In this document: positions 19,967-30,766 of the stretch, piece by piece
Position numbering within the stretch: the stretch's first letter is position 1
How the letters are laid out: the number at the start of each line of letters is the position of its first letter
The notes under the pieces: model-generated
What the model was told of the DNA's origin: nothing
Seen by the model: only the letters and a program-made list of their open reading frames with translations
The model's database searches: none
From: Candidatus Spongiisociaceae bacterium
Lineage (GTDB): Bacteria > Actinomycetota > Acidimicrobiia > Spongiisociales > Spongiisociaceae
Length of the DNA stretch: 64,000 nucleotides
Assembly: GCA_965202665.1 (NCBI GenBank)
Contig: OZ241841.1
Location: 704,001 to 768,000, forward strand
Direction of reading: 5' to 3'
Translations under genes and position numbers: made by a program

Positions 19967-20122
19967 GCCCCCCTCCCCCGCCCGCCAAAAAAGCCCGGCC
20001 CCCGCCGAACCGCCAACCCTTCCCCCTTGGTCGGGCCCGCTCCCCCGGCGGGAGCCGAAGGGAGCGGGCTGATGTTGTTGCTTCGCCGGAACCCCGGGAG
20101 TCCTCCCGGAAACGCCGCCGAC

Positions 20123-20311
20123 CTACCAGGCCACGCTCTCAATGTGGAACAGGGCCAGGTCGACCGGACGCTCCTCGGTCTGGATCTCCACGAAGTCGAT
20201 CCCGACCTCGGTGGGGATGCCGTCCACGCGGGTGCCGGACGCGGTGATGACCGCCAGAGGGTGAGAAAGCCTCTCAGCCTCCTGGATGCGGTCCCTGAGC
20301 GTGGGTCGCAT
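20123..20311 (-). CDS. Small hypothetical protein (62 aa)
   Basis: GGAGG RBS upstream, plausible beta-rich globular sequence. Confidence 0.55.
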   Translation of the reverse strand: MRPTLRDRIQEAERLSHPLAVITASGTRVDGIPTEVGIDFVEIQTEERPVDLALFHIESVAW

Positions 20312-20533
20312 GATGCGCCTCCAATCGCTAGATTACGTTACATATGACAATGTGCCCAATTTTTGGACGAAAAACAACCCCTTGCCTTGTGTTTTATTTC
20401 GCGTTCTCCAAGACCGCCCGCCGACCCGCCGAAACCCCTTCCCGCCGGGCCTTCCCCACCCGGGGAGTCCCCGAAACGGCCAACCGGGGGATGGAGTTCG
20501 GATAGGGCGCCGGTTCTGGTAAAAATATGAGAT

Positions 20534-20839
20534 ATGAAAACCCCCATGGCGGGCCCGGCCGCCCCTATCGTCATCGACCGCCCGCAGACGGATGAAACCG
20601 TCGGCTACGACCATGGCTGGAACGTGGTGGTGTGGAACGACCCGGTGAACCTGATGTCGTACGTGGTTTTGGTGTTCCGCCGCCTGTTCGGGTATTCGGA
20701 GGAGAAAGCCACCCTGCTGATGCTGGAAGTGCACCACCAGGGCCGTTCCATCGTCAACACCGCCCCCCGGGAGCGGGCCGAGATGGACTGCTACGCCCTG
20801 CACCGCCACGGCCTGTGGGCCACTCTGGAACAGGCGTGA
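20534..20839 (+). CDS. clpS: ClpS adaptor
   Basis: VVVWNDPVNLMSYV...LMLEVHHQGR...LWATL. Confidence 0.95.
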   Translation: MKTPMAGPAAPIVIDRPQTDETVGYDHGWNVVVWNDPVNLMSYVVLVFRRLFGYSEEKATLLMLEVHHQGRSIVNTAPRERAEMDCYALHRHGLWATLEQA

Positions 20840-21369
20840 AACTCCCGTTCGGCGCCCATCCGGACGGGGTGGAGGTGCGGGTGGGCGACGACCACCTGCT
20901 CGCTTTGGAAATGATCCCCGACCTGCTGGATTCGGTGGGGGCGGCCGAAGGCGACCCGGCCCTGCGCCGCCTCACTCCCTCCGCCTACCCGGAAGATCAC
21001 GACGCCCAGGAGGAATACGGGCGGCTGACCCAGCCCGAACTGGAACGGGAACGCACCGCCGACCGCCGCGTCTTGGACGAACTGCTGACCGCCCGGCAAC
21101 AGGCCGGACCGGAAGATGCGAAGGTGCTGGGGGAAGAGGGTGCGGAGGCCCTGTTGCGGGTGATGAACGAGTCGCGGCTGACGCTGGCCGCCCGGCTGGG
21201 AATCGAAGACGAAGCCTGGGAGAAGGCGCCGGACCGCCCCGACCAAGAATCGCCCGCCATGATGCTCCTGCGCTATCTCACTTTCCTGCAGGAAGCCCTC
21301 ATCGAAACCCTGACCGGCTACTCCCCGCCCCCGCCCGCCCGCCCGTCCGCGGGGGCGGACCGCCCGTAA
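20836..21369 (+). CDS. DUF2017 family protein
   Basis: GTG overlaps the clpS stop; DPALRRLTPSAY, MNESRLTLAARLGI, YLTFLQEALI; usual clpS neighbour. Confidence 0.85.
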   Translation: MKLPFGAHPDGVEVRVGDDHLLALEMIPDLLDSVGAAEGDPALRRLTPSAYPEDHDAQEEYGRLTQPELERERTADRRVLDELLTARQQAGPEDAKVLGEEGAEALLRVMNESRLTLAARLGIEDEAWEKAPDRPDQESPAMMLLRYLTFLQEALIETLTGYSPPPPARPSAGADRP

Positions 21370-21715
21370 AACCGGGCGGGGAAAAATCCGGGGAAACGGG
21401 GGCGCGGGGCAGACGGCCTGGCATGTTGCAGACAGCCAAGGCCGAAAGCGATGAGGAGGTTTTCCCATGAAGGTGTCCATGACGGTCAACGGCCGGCGGG
21501 CCGCGGCCGACGTTGAACCGCGCACGCTCCTCGCCCATATCTCACTTTCCTGTTCCTGCAGGAAGCCCTCATCGAAACCCTGACCGGCTACCCCCCGCCC
21601 CCCATGGACCGCCCGTAAAACCGGGATAAAAAATTTCGGGGATAGGGGGGCGCGGGGCGGGCGGGCCTGGTATGTTGCAAAACAGCCAAGGCCGAAAGCG
21701 ATGAGGAGGTTTTCC

Positions 21716-22230
<515 letters not shown>

Positions 22231-22234
<4 letters not shown>

Positions 22235-24609
22235 AAACCACCAGCGTGCTGGGCGGCGTTGTCCGCCGCCGGGAAGACCCCGCGCTCATCCAGGGCAGGG
22301 GCCGTTACACGGACGATGTGAAACTGGCGGGGACGGCCCACGCCGCCTTCGTCCGCAGTCCTTTCGCCCACGCCAAAGTGCTGTCGGTGGACGCCTCCGC
22401 GGCCAAGGCGATGGACGGAGTGCTGGCCGTCTACACCGCGGCCGACGTGGAGCATCTGGGAACCCTGGTGGCCCAGGTGCCGGTGGGCAAAGTCCGGCCG
22501 TTGCTGAACGGCGGAACCGTGAAACACTTGGGGGAGGCGGTGGCCATGGTGGTGGCGGCCGACCCCTATCTGGCCCGGGACGCGGCCGATGCGGTGGACG
22601 TGGACTACGACCCGTTGCCGGCGGTGATCGACCTGAAAGAGTCGCTGAGCGACGCCTCCAAGGTGCATGACGATTTGGATTCCAACACCCTCATCTCCTG
22701 GGCGGGCCCGTTCGGGATGGAAGCGGACGCCCTGGCCGAGCATCGGGCGCAAATCCAAGCCGCCAAGTCGGAGCCGGGGGCGGTGACGGTCTCCCAGGAG
22801 ATGCTCAACCAGCGCCTGATCCCGGTTCCCATCGAACCCCGTTCGGTGCTGGCCGACTACCAGGCGGGCTACGACCGGTTCGACATCTACTCCTCCACCC
22901 AGATTCCGTCCGCCTTGGCCGGGGCCATCGGGCGTTACTTCGGGATGGGCCTCAACCAAGTGACGGTCAAAGCCATGGAAGTGGGGGGCGGGTTCGGCTG
23001 CAAACTCAACGTCTACAACGACGAAGTGCTGACCGCTTTCGCCTCCAAAGATTTGGGATGCCCGGTGAAATGGACGGAAACGCGGCGGGAAGCGGCCCAT
23101 TCCACCATCCAGGGGCGGGGCTGGGTGGCCACCGCCACCCTCACCGGCGACCGGTCGGGCGTCATCACCGGCTTCGAGTTGGAGGGCGTGGCCGACATGG
23201 GGGCCTACTCGCAGAACTTCACGGTGGCCATCCCCTTCCTGGGGTTGTTCGTCGGCTCCGGCCAGTACAAGTTCCCCACCTACTGGAAAATGGACTGCGT
23301 GGCCACCCACACCATGACCACCGACGCCTACCGGGGGGCGGGACGCCCGGAGGCCGCCTACTACCTGGAGCGCATCATCGACATGTACGCCCGGGAAATA
23401 GGCATGGACCCGGCCGAAGTGCGGTGCCGCAACTACATTCCCGCCTCCGACTTCCCCGGAGCGACCTCCCCGATGGGGTTCGCCATGGACACCGGCGACT
23501 ACGAAGCCAACCTGGACGCCGCCTTGGAAGCCGCCGGATGGCAAGGCCTGCTGGCCGAACGGGACGCGGCCCGGGCCGCCGGACGGCACGTGGGGGTGGG
23601 CCTGGCCACCTACGTGGAAGTGTGCGGGTTCGGCCCCTCCGGCCTGGTGGACCTGGGGTTCTCCTGGGCCGAATACCAGATGCCGTCCGCTTTCAACGGC
23701 TCCGGCCTGGTGCGGGTGCACCCGGACGGGACCGCCACCGTGTCCATCGGCACCGGACCCTCCGGCCAGGGGCACCAGACCACTTGGGCGCAGATCGTCT
23801 CCGACGGCCTGGGCTTGGACGTGGACAAAATCCGGGTCATCCACGGCGACACCGAAGAGTCCCCGCCCAGCATCGGCAGTTTCGGCTCCCGGTCGGCGGC
23901 GGTAGACGGGTCGGCCTGCTACGAGGCGACCCAGAAGGTGCGGGCCAAAGCGGCCAAAATCGCCGCCCACCTGCTGGAAGCCTCCGAAGCCGACATCGAG
24001 TTCGCCGACGGGGGGGCGCATGTGGCGGGAACCCCGGACAGCGCCGTCGCCTGGGAGGACATTTCCCGCACCGCCTACCAGCCCCACCTGTTGCCGGAGG
24101 GGATGGAAGGCGGCCTGGAAGCCCACGCCATTTTCAGCCCCGGCAACGCCACCTGGCCGTTCGGAACCCATATCGCGATGGTGGAGGTGGACGCCGACAC
24201 CGGCGACGTGACCATCTTGCGCTATCTGGGAATGGACGACTGCGGCAACGTCATCAGCCCGATGATCGTGGACGGCCAGATTCACGGCGGCATCGCCCAA
24301 GGGGTGGGGCAGGCCATGTTCGAAGACGCGGCGTACGACGACGAGGGCAACCTGCTGGCCGGGTCGCTGATGGACTACATTCTGCCCACCGCCGTCGACC
24401 TGCCCTCCTTCGAGCTGAACCGCACCACCACCCCCACCGACGTCAACCCGTTGGGCGTGAAAGGCATCGGGGAGGCGGGGACCATCGGCTCGGCGCAGAC
24501 GGTGGTCAACGCGGTGGTGGACGCCTTGCAGCCCCTGGGGGTGAAGCACATTGACATGCCGTTGCGCCCCCGGCGGGTTTGGCAGGCCATCCGGGACGCC
24601 TCGGCGTAG
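22231..24609 (+). CDS. coxL: Molybdopterin-binding large subunit, form II CoxL-like
   Basis: VGGGFGCK, active-site loop [27 protein letters not shown]; ATG at 22231. Confidence 0.85.
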
Positions 24610-24622
24610 GGAGGAGGAGACC

Positions 24623-25486
24623 ATGTATCCCAAACAGTTCGACTACATTGCGCCCGCCGACCTGCGCGAAGCTTTGGCGGCTTTGGACGCCAACCCGGGG
24701 GCGAAGGTGCTGGCGGGCGGGATGAGCCTGTTGCCGATGATGAAGATGCGCCTCCTTTCCCCGGAGATGGTGGTGGACATCGGACGCATCGGCGGCCTGG
24801 ACCGGATCACCGACCGGGGCGACTCCATTTGCATAGGGGCCCTGGTGCGGCACGCCGACGTGGCGGCCAGCTCCCTGGTGCGGGACCATGCGGCCGCTTT
24901 GGCCGCGGCCGCCGCCTGGACCGGGGACCGGCAGGTGCGCAACCGGGGCACCTGTTGCGGTTCCATGGCCCACGCCGATGCGGTAGCCGACCAACCGGTG
25001 GCCGCCCTGGCCCTGGAAGCCACCATGGTGGCCGTCTCCTCGCAGGGGACGCGGAGCATCGCGGCCGCCGACTTCTTCGTGGACACCCTCGCCTCCGCCC
25101 TGCGCCCCAACGAGATCCTCACCGAAATCCACATTCCCAAAACCGGTTCCGGCTCCGCCTCCGCCTACGACAAACTGGGCCGCCGGGGGGGGCACAGCGA
25201 CTACGCGGTGGCCGGGGCGGCGGTGCGGGTGACCCGCTCCAACGGGCATATCGCCTCGGCGACGGTGGCCCTCACCGGAGTGGGAAGCCGCCCGATTCTG
25301 GCCCGGGGGGCGATGGAGGCCTTGGCCGGTTCGGACGGCTCGCCGTCCGCCGTGGAAGAAGCGGCCGCCCGCGCCGCCGACGGGGTGGAAGTGCTGGAGG
25401 ACCTGTACGGGTCGGTGGAATACAAGACCCATCTGGCCAAAGTGTTCACCGCCCGGGCCGTCCGGCAAGCCCTGGCCGCCGCTTGA
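24623..25486 (+). CDS. coxM: FAD-binding subunit, CoxM/CutM-like
   Basis: LAGGMSLLPMMKMRL, QVRNRGT..GS; RBS GGAGGAG then ATG at 24623. Confidence 0.88.
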   Translation: MYPKQFDYIAPADLREALAALDANPGAKVLAGGMSLLPMMKMRLLSPEMVVDIGRIGGLDRITDRGDSICIGALVRHADVAASSLVRDHAAALAAAAAWTGDRQVRNRGTCCGSMAHADAVADQPVAALALEATMVAVSSQGTRSIAAADFFVDTLASALRPNEILTEIHIPKTGSGSASAYDKLGRRGGHSDYAVAGAAVRVTRSNGHIASATVALTGVGSRPILARGAMEALAGSDGSPSAVEEAAARAADGVEVLEDLYGSVEYKTHLAKVFTARAVRQALAAA

Positions 25487-25555
25487 GCGGCCGCCGGCCC
25501 GCCGGCGAATGGCGCGGGCCCGGCGGGGCGGGCTATACTGGAAACATATGCCCCC

Positions 25556-25633
25556 GGGGGCGTGGTGAAGTCTGGAGTTCACGCCGGCCTGTCAAGCCGG
25601 AGGTCGCGGGTTCAAATCCCGTCGTCCCCGCCA
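25556..25633 (+). tRNA. tRNA-Asp(GTC)
   Basis: GGGGGCG/CGTCCCC acceptor stem, ccggc-CTGTCAA-gccgg anticodon arm, GGTTCAAATCC T-arm, encoded CCA. Confidence 0.95.
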
Positions 25634-25669
25634 CGGACCGACCCTTGTCCGGTCGGTCCGTTCCTGCGG

Positions 25670-25742
25670 GGCCAGATAGCTCAGTCGGTAGAGCGCTGCT
25701 CTGAAAAAGCAGAGGTCCCCGGATCGACGCCGGGTCTGGCCA
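25670..25742 (+). tRNA. tRNA-Phe(GAA)
   Basis: GGCCAGA/TCTGGCC acceptor stem, ctgct-CTGAAAA-agcag anticodon arm; T-loop reads ATCGACG; no encoded CCA. Confidence 0.9.
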
Positions 25743-25743
25743 C

Positions 25744-26652
25744 ATGTCAAATGTCATCCGGGTCGACGGCCTGGTCAAAAAGTACGGCGACGTCACCGCG
25801 GTGGCGGGCATCAGTTTCACCATCGACGAGGGGGAGGTGGTGGCCCTGCTGGGACCGAACGGGGCGGGCAAAACCACCGCGGTGGAGGTCATGGAGGGGT
25901 TCCGGCAAGCCGACGAAGGCCAAGTGGAGGTGCTGGGACACGACCCGGGGGCGGCAAGCCGGGAGTTCCGGGACCGGATCGGGATCGTGCTGCAGGAAAC
26001 CGGCATTGAACAAAACATCCGAGTGCGGGAAGCTTTGGACTTTTACGGCGCCTCCTTTTCCCGCCGCCTGCCCACCGCCGACCTGATAGAAAAGGTGGGC
26101 CTGGGCGAGAAAGCCGACGCCAAAATCAAAACCTTGTCCGGCGGCCAGAAACGGCGCTTGGACTTGGCTTTGGGGCTGGTGGGGGATCCGGACCTGGTTT
26201 TCTTGGACGAGCCGACCACCGGGTTCGACCCGGCCGCCCGGCGCAAGTCGTGGGAGTTGGTGGAGGGCCTTACCTCCCTGGGCAAGACCATCCTGCTCAC
26301 CACCCATTATCTGGACGAAGCCCAGCATCTGGCCGACCGGGTGATCGTCCTCTCACAGGGGCTGATTGTGGCCGAAGGCGCCCCGGACGAGATCGGGGCG
26401 GAAGACCGGCTGACCGCGGTCAGTTTCCGAATCGACGATCCTTCCCTGCTGCCCCGGGTGGATGAGGAACCGATTTTTGAGGAGGGGACGGCGACCTACC
26501 AAACCGGCCAACCGACCGCCCTGCTCTACCAGTTGACCCGCTGGGCGACAGAACGGGGAGGGGAACTGGAAGGTTTGACGGTGGCCCTCCCCAGCCTGGA
26601 AGAGGTTTACCTGGACATAGTGGGCGAGACGGAAACGGAGGGAAGCGAATGA
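25744..26652 (+). CDS. ABC-2 exporter ATP-binding protein
   Basis: GPNGAGKTT, LSGGQ, FLDEPTTG, TTHY. Confidence 0.93.
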   Translation: MSNVIRVDGLVKKYGDVTAVAGISFTIDEGEVVALLGPNGAGKTTAVEVMEGFRQADEGQVEVLGHDPGAASREFRDRIGIVLQETGIEQNIRVREALDFYGASFSRRLPTADLIEKVGLGEKADAKIKTLSGGQKRRLDLALGLVGDPDLVFLDEPTTGFDPAARRKSWELVEGLTSLGKTILLTTHYLDEAQHLADRVIVLSQGLIVAEGAPDEIGAEDRLTAVSFRIDDPSLLPRVDEEPIFEEGTATYQTGQPTALLYQLTRWATERGGELEGLTVALPSLEEVYLDIVGETETEGSE

Positions 26653-27437
26653 GCGACTCCGCCCTGCTCTGGCGCCACATAAGGCATGCCAACCGGGTGT
26701 TCTGGCGGGAGCCGCTGGCCGCCTTTTTCACGATGGCCTTCCCGCTGATGTTCCTGTTGCTGTTCGGCTTTATCTTCGAAGACACCTCGTGGGTAACCGG
26801 ATTGTCCTTCGCCCAGTTTTTCACGCCGGCCATCGCCGTGTTCGCCGCCGCCACCGCCACTTTCACCAACCTGGCGATCGGCATGTCCATTCTCCGGGAC
26901 GAGGGGGTGCTGAAAAGGGCCCGCTCCACCCCGGTTCCTCCCTGGCTGTACATGTCGGGCAAGATACTGTCTTCGGTGTGGACCGCTTTTCTGGCCATCG
27001 TCATAATGTTCGCCTTGGGATGGCTCCTGTTCGGCTTCGTGGTGGTGTGGGAGAACGTTCCGGTGTCCCTGCTGGTGTTCGCAGTGGGGACGGCCACCAT
27101 GTCGGCCATGGGCCTGGCGGTGTGCTCCCTGGTGAAAACCGGCACCACCGCCCCGGCGGTGGCCAACGCCATAATCCTGCCCATGGCTTTCCTGTCCGGC
27201 ATTTTCATCTCGCTGGAGAACGCCCCTCGTTGGTTGGTGGTTCTAGGCGACATCCTGCCCCTCAAACATTTCGCGGCCCTGTTCGGCCGGGCTTTCACCC
27301 CCGCCGAAGCGGTGACTGTGCTGTACGAGGGCCCCGTCCTGGGTTGGGAGCGATTAGCGGTAATGGCCGGCTGGTTCCTGCTCAGCCTGTTCCTGGCCCT
27401 CCGCTTCTTCCGCTGGGAACCCCGCGGCGCCAAATAA
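26649..27437 (+). CDS. ABC-2 exporter permease
   Basis: Six TM segments, RDEGVLKR..STP. Confidence 0.9.
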   Translation: MSDSALLWRHIRHANRVFWREPLAAFFTMAFPLMFLLLFGFIFEDTSWVTGLSFAQFFTPAIAVFAAATATFTNLAIGMSILRDEGVLKRARSTPVPPWLYMSGKILSSVWTAFLAIVIMFALGWLLFGFVVVWENVPVSLLVFAVGTATMSAMGLAVCSLVKTGTTAPAVANAIILPMAFLSGIFISLENAPRWLVVLGDILPLKHFAALFGRAFTPAEAVTVLYEGPVLGWERLAVMAGWFLLSLFLALRFFRWEPRGAK

Positions 27438-27462
27438 CCGAACCATCTAGGCGACACCGACC

Positions 27463-28200
27463 ATGCAACGCAACGAAATCAAAGAACTCCACTACATAAC
27501 CCACATCGACAACGTACCGTCCATCCTCTGCCTAGGCATCCTAAGCCACCATGCGGCTCAGCGTCTCCCTCATAAAACAGTGGATAACAAAAAGGTGCAG
27601 ACCCGCCGGGCTGATAGGGTCATACCAAACGGGCTCCCCCTGCATCAATACGCAAATCTGTACTTCTGCGCCAGAAACGCAATGCTGTCCGCCATCACCC
27701 ACCAGAGGGACAACACCTGCGAGGCGTCCCCATACAAAGAAAGCCCGTTATTTCCCGAGTACGCCATCACCCACCGGGAAGATAACCCATGTGAGGACGA
27801 GGATATAGTTGTTCTCCAAATTGCTCCCGCGGTTTTGAATCTGCCCAACGTGATCATTACAGAAATCAACGCGGCCGCTGGCATCAAGCCGCGCTGGCAC
27901 ACGGCGACGGACGGCCTTCCCAAACTTGATGTCGAAAAAATCTACGCCGACTCTTGGATTCATCCCGACCCCTATGAAAAACGGATCCTAAAACAGCATG
28001 TGATGGCCGAGGCGCTGGTACCGCGTCAGGTGCGTCCCGAGCACATCACGGGAGCCTACGTCGTTTCTCAGGCGGTTGCCGATATTTTGTCGCAGTCCGC
28101 GCCTACACTGAAAAACATAATGGTGTTGCCGTACATGTTCTTCCAAGAGCCGCGACCCCAACATTTGCCGTACCTTCCCGCAAGCGGCGAAAAGCGATGA
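27463..28200 (+). CDS. darT: DarT (DUF4433) DNA ADP-ribosyltransferase toxin
   Basis: HYITHIDNVPSIL..GILS, LHQYANLYF..RNAML, catalytic AEALV; coupled to a macrodomain gene. Confidence 0.88.
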   Translation: MQRNEIKELHYITHIDNVPSILCLGILSHHAAQRLPHKTVDNKKVQTRRADRVIPNGLPLHQYANLYFCARNAMLSAITHQRDNTCEASPYKESPLFPEYAITHREDNPCEDEDIVVLQIAPAVLNLPNVIITEINAAAGIKPRWHTATDGLPKLDVEKIYADSWIHPDPYEKRILKQHVMAEALVPRQVRPEHITGAYVVSQAVADILSQSAPTLKNIMVLPYMFFQEPRPQHLPYLPASGEKR

Positions 28201-29315
28201 GCAACGTCACCGTCCGCACGGGCGACCTCTTTCAGTCAAAGGCGCAAACCTTGACCAACACGGTCAACACTGTGGGCGTGATGGGCAAAGGCATCGCCCT
28301 CGAATTCAAAAAGAGGTTTCCCAAGATGCACGAGGACTACTTGCGCCGGTGCGAAAGGGGCGAGGTAGCGCTCGGAAAGCCTTACCTGTTCAAGGAAACG
28401 ATGTTCGAGCAATGGATACTCAACTTTCCGACCAAAGAAGGCTGGCGAACCCGCTCTAGTCTGTCCGCCATCCAAGAGGGCCTCGCCTACCTGCGCGGGC
28501 ATATCCATGAATGGGGAATCACGTCGCTGGCCGTACCGCCCCTGGGATGCGGGTATGGCGGCTTGGAATGGAGCATCGTCGGGCCTGCTCTATACCGCGG
28601 CCTCGCCCAGCTGGATATTCCAGTTGAGCTGTACGCACCGTATGGAACCCCTCACGAAGAACTGCAAATTGATTTTTTGGGCTCCGTGATGGACGAAGGC
28701 GAAGAACCGGGGGCAAAGATGTCCGCCGCCGGAGTAGCCTTAGCCGCCATCCTCCAAGAAATCACTTCGCAGAAATACCACTACCCCATTGGGCGGATCA
28801 GCATGCGGAAAATCGCCTATTTCGCCACCCGAGCCGGTATTCCCACCGGGCTTGAATTTGATGAGTGGCGATCTTGGGAGCCTAAAGCCGAAGGTCTCCG
28901 GAGTCTGCTTACCAACCTGGCCAACCACGGCCTCATTCAGGAACGTAAAAACGGACAAATGTTCGTCACGGAACCGGGACCGACCTTGGCTGATGCGCAA
29001 CTGGCTTTCAAAGACGAACTTGCCGGTTGGAAAGACGAAATAGAACGGGTGGCCGATTTGTTTCTACGAGTACCCAATACGAAATGGGCTAAATTGTTCG
29101 CCGCCGTCCAATATCAAACTGACCTATTGGCGAACCAACACCAAGCCCGCAACCAAGGCCCCGTCTTGGAGGAGAAGGTGGCGACAACCGTCAAGCCGCG
29201 CCTAGAAAAGACAACGACACCCACCAGCGACGATATCAAGGTCGCTATTCGTACCCTTTCCTTCCTTCGCTGGATTGACGTCCCGCTGGAGGAGGATGAA
29301 TTGTTGGACGTGTGA
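28197..29315 (+). CDS. darG: DarG antitoxin (macrodomain plus C-terminal domain)
   Basis: GDLF...NTVNTVGVMGKGIALEFK..FP, NFPTK..WR, PPLGCGYGGL; ATGA overlap with darT. Confidence 0.92.
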   Translation: MSNVTVRTGDLFQSKAQTLTNTVNTVGVMGKGIALEFKKRFPKMHEDYLRRCERGEVALGKPYLFKETMFEQWILNFPTKEGWRTRSSLSAIQEGLAYLRGHIHEWGITSLAVPPLGCGYGGLEWSIVGPALYRGLAQLDIPVELYAPYGTPHEELQIDFLGSVMDEGEEPGAKMSAAGVALAAILQEITSQKYHYPIGRISMRKIAYFATRAGIPTGLEFDEWRSWEPKAEGLRSLLTNLANHGLIQERKNGQMFVTEPGPTLADAQLAFKDELAGWKDEIERVADLFLRVPNTKWAKLFAAVQYQTDLLANQHQARNQGPVLEEKVATTVKPRLEKTTTPTSDDIKVAIRTLSFLRWIDVPLEEDELLDV

Positions 29316-29330
29316 CCGTAATAGAGGAGG

Positions 29331-29795
29331 ATGTTGCTTTTGGATAACTTAAGTTTTCTGTCGGGGGATTTGTTTGCTTCGCGGATGCAGACGCTTACCA
29401 ACGCCGTTAATACCGTCGGGGTGATGGGGGGCGGGATTGCGTTGGCTTTCAAACATCGGTTTCCGGAAATGTTCGACGACTATGTCATCCGGTGCGCGGA
29501 GGGGCGGGTCAAACTGGGCGAGCCCTACCTGTTCACCGCCGAATCCGGAACCGACAAGTGGGCGCTCAACTTTCCCACCATCGGAGACGACTGGGCGCCG
29601 CCCCGCCTGGGGGAAATCCGGGACGGCCTCCGCTACTTGGGCGGCCATTACCGGGAATGGGGGATCACTTCCCTGGCGGTGCCCGCCCTGGGTTGCGGGG
29701 TGGGCGGGATGGACTGGGCGGATGTGCAACCCCTCCTGGTGGAAGAACTGTCCGCTTTGGACATCCCGGTGGAGATATACGCTCCCCGACCCTAG
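29331..29795 (+). CDS. Stand-alone DarG-type macrodomain
   Basis: GDLF...NAVNTVGVMGGGIALAFK.RFP, NFPT, PALGCGVGG; lacks the DarG C-terminal domain. Confidence 0.88.
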   Translation: MLLLDNLSFLSGDLFASRMQTLTNAVNTVGVMGGGIALAFKHRFPEMFDDYVIRCAEGRVKLGEPYLFTAESGTDKWALNFPTIGDDWAPPRLGEIRDGLRYLGGHYREWGITSLAVPALGCGVGGMDWADVQPLLVEELSALDIPVEIYAPRP

Positions 29796-30766
29796 TCCAG
29801 GGCGTTTTTGATTTCCCGGTAGATGCGGTCGGCGGAGGGAATGGCCATATCCTCCAACGCTTCGGCGGCGGGCAGGGGGATGTGGGGGGTGGTGATACGG
29901 ATGGGCGGGCCGTCCAAATCCCAGAAAACCTCTTCCCCGGCGATGGAAACCACCTCCGCCCCCCAGCCGCACAGCCGGGGATTTTCCTCCACCGTAAACA
30001 AGCGGCCGGTTTTGGAAACGGAGGCCAGCGCGGTGGCGGTGTCCAACGGAACCAAGGTACGCAGGTCGATCACCTCCGCTGAAATGCCCTCTTCGGCCAG
30101 ACGTTCCGCCGCCTGCACCGCCCGGGGAACCATCAGCGCCAAAGCGACCACCGTGCAATCGGAGCCTTCCCGCACCACGGCCGCCCGGCCCAGCTCCTCC
30201 ACGATTTCCCCTTCGGCCACCTCCGCCCGGCCCGCCATCAGCGACTTGTGCTCGAAGAACACCACCGGGTCGGGATCCCGCACCGCCGCCGCCAACAGGC
30301 CCACCACATCGTGCGGATGGGAGGGGGCGGCCACTTTCAAACCGGGAATCATCATGCACCAGTTCTCCACCGACTGGGAATGCTGGGCGCCGAACCGGGA
30401 GCCGCCCCCGTTGGCGGTGCGCACCACCACCGGCAAAGTCATCTGCCCGCCGGTCATATAGCGGGATTTGGCCATTTCGTTGGCCAGGATGTCGAAGCAG
30501 ACCGCCAGAAAATCGGAGAACATTATTTCGGCTATCACCGGAACCCCGGTCATGGCCGCCCCCATGGCCGCCCCCAGAATGGCCTGCTCCGAAATGGGCG
30601 TGTCCCGCACCCGGTCCGGACCGAACTCGTCCAACAACCCCACCGTGGTTTTGAAAACCCCGCCCGCCGCCGCCGCATCCTCGCCCAGCATCACCAGCCG
30701 GGGGTCGCGCCGCATCTCCTGGGCTATGCCCCGGGCCACCGCCTCCCGGTAACTCAGTTCCGCCAT
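29792..30766 (-). CDS. TPP-dependent 2-oxoacid/acetoin dehydrogenase E1 beta
   Basis: LGED, DTPISE, EIMFSDF, AQHSQ, FFEHK, IDLRTLVPLD. Confidence 0.92.
   Translation of the reverse strand: MAELSYREAVARGIAQEMRRDPRLVMLGEDAAAAGGVFKTTVGLLDEFGPDRVRDTPISEQAILGAAMGAAMTGVPVIAEIMFSDFLAVCFDILANEMAKSRYMTGGQMTLPVVVRTANGGGSRFGAQHSQSVENWCMMIPGLKVAAPSHPHDVVGLLAAAVRDPDPVVFFEHKSLMAGRAEVAEGEIVEELGRAAVVREGSDCTVVALALMVPRAVQAAERLAEEGISAEVIDLRTLVPLDTATALASVSKTGRLFTVEENPRLCGWGAEVVSIAGEEVFWDLDGPPIRITTPHIPLPAAEALEDMAIPSADRIYREIKNALD

Noticed and set aside
25556-29795. tRNA-integrated mobile element carrying darTG
   Set aside because: No integrase and no duplicated tRNA 3' end (att site) noticed downstream.
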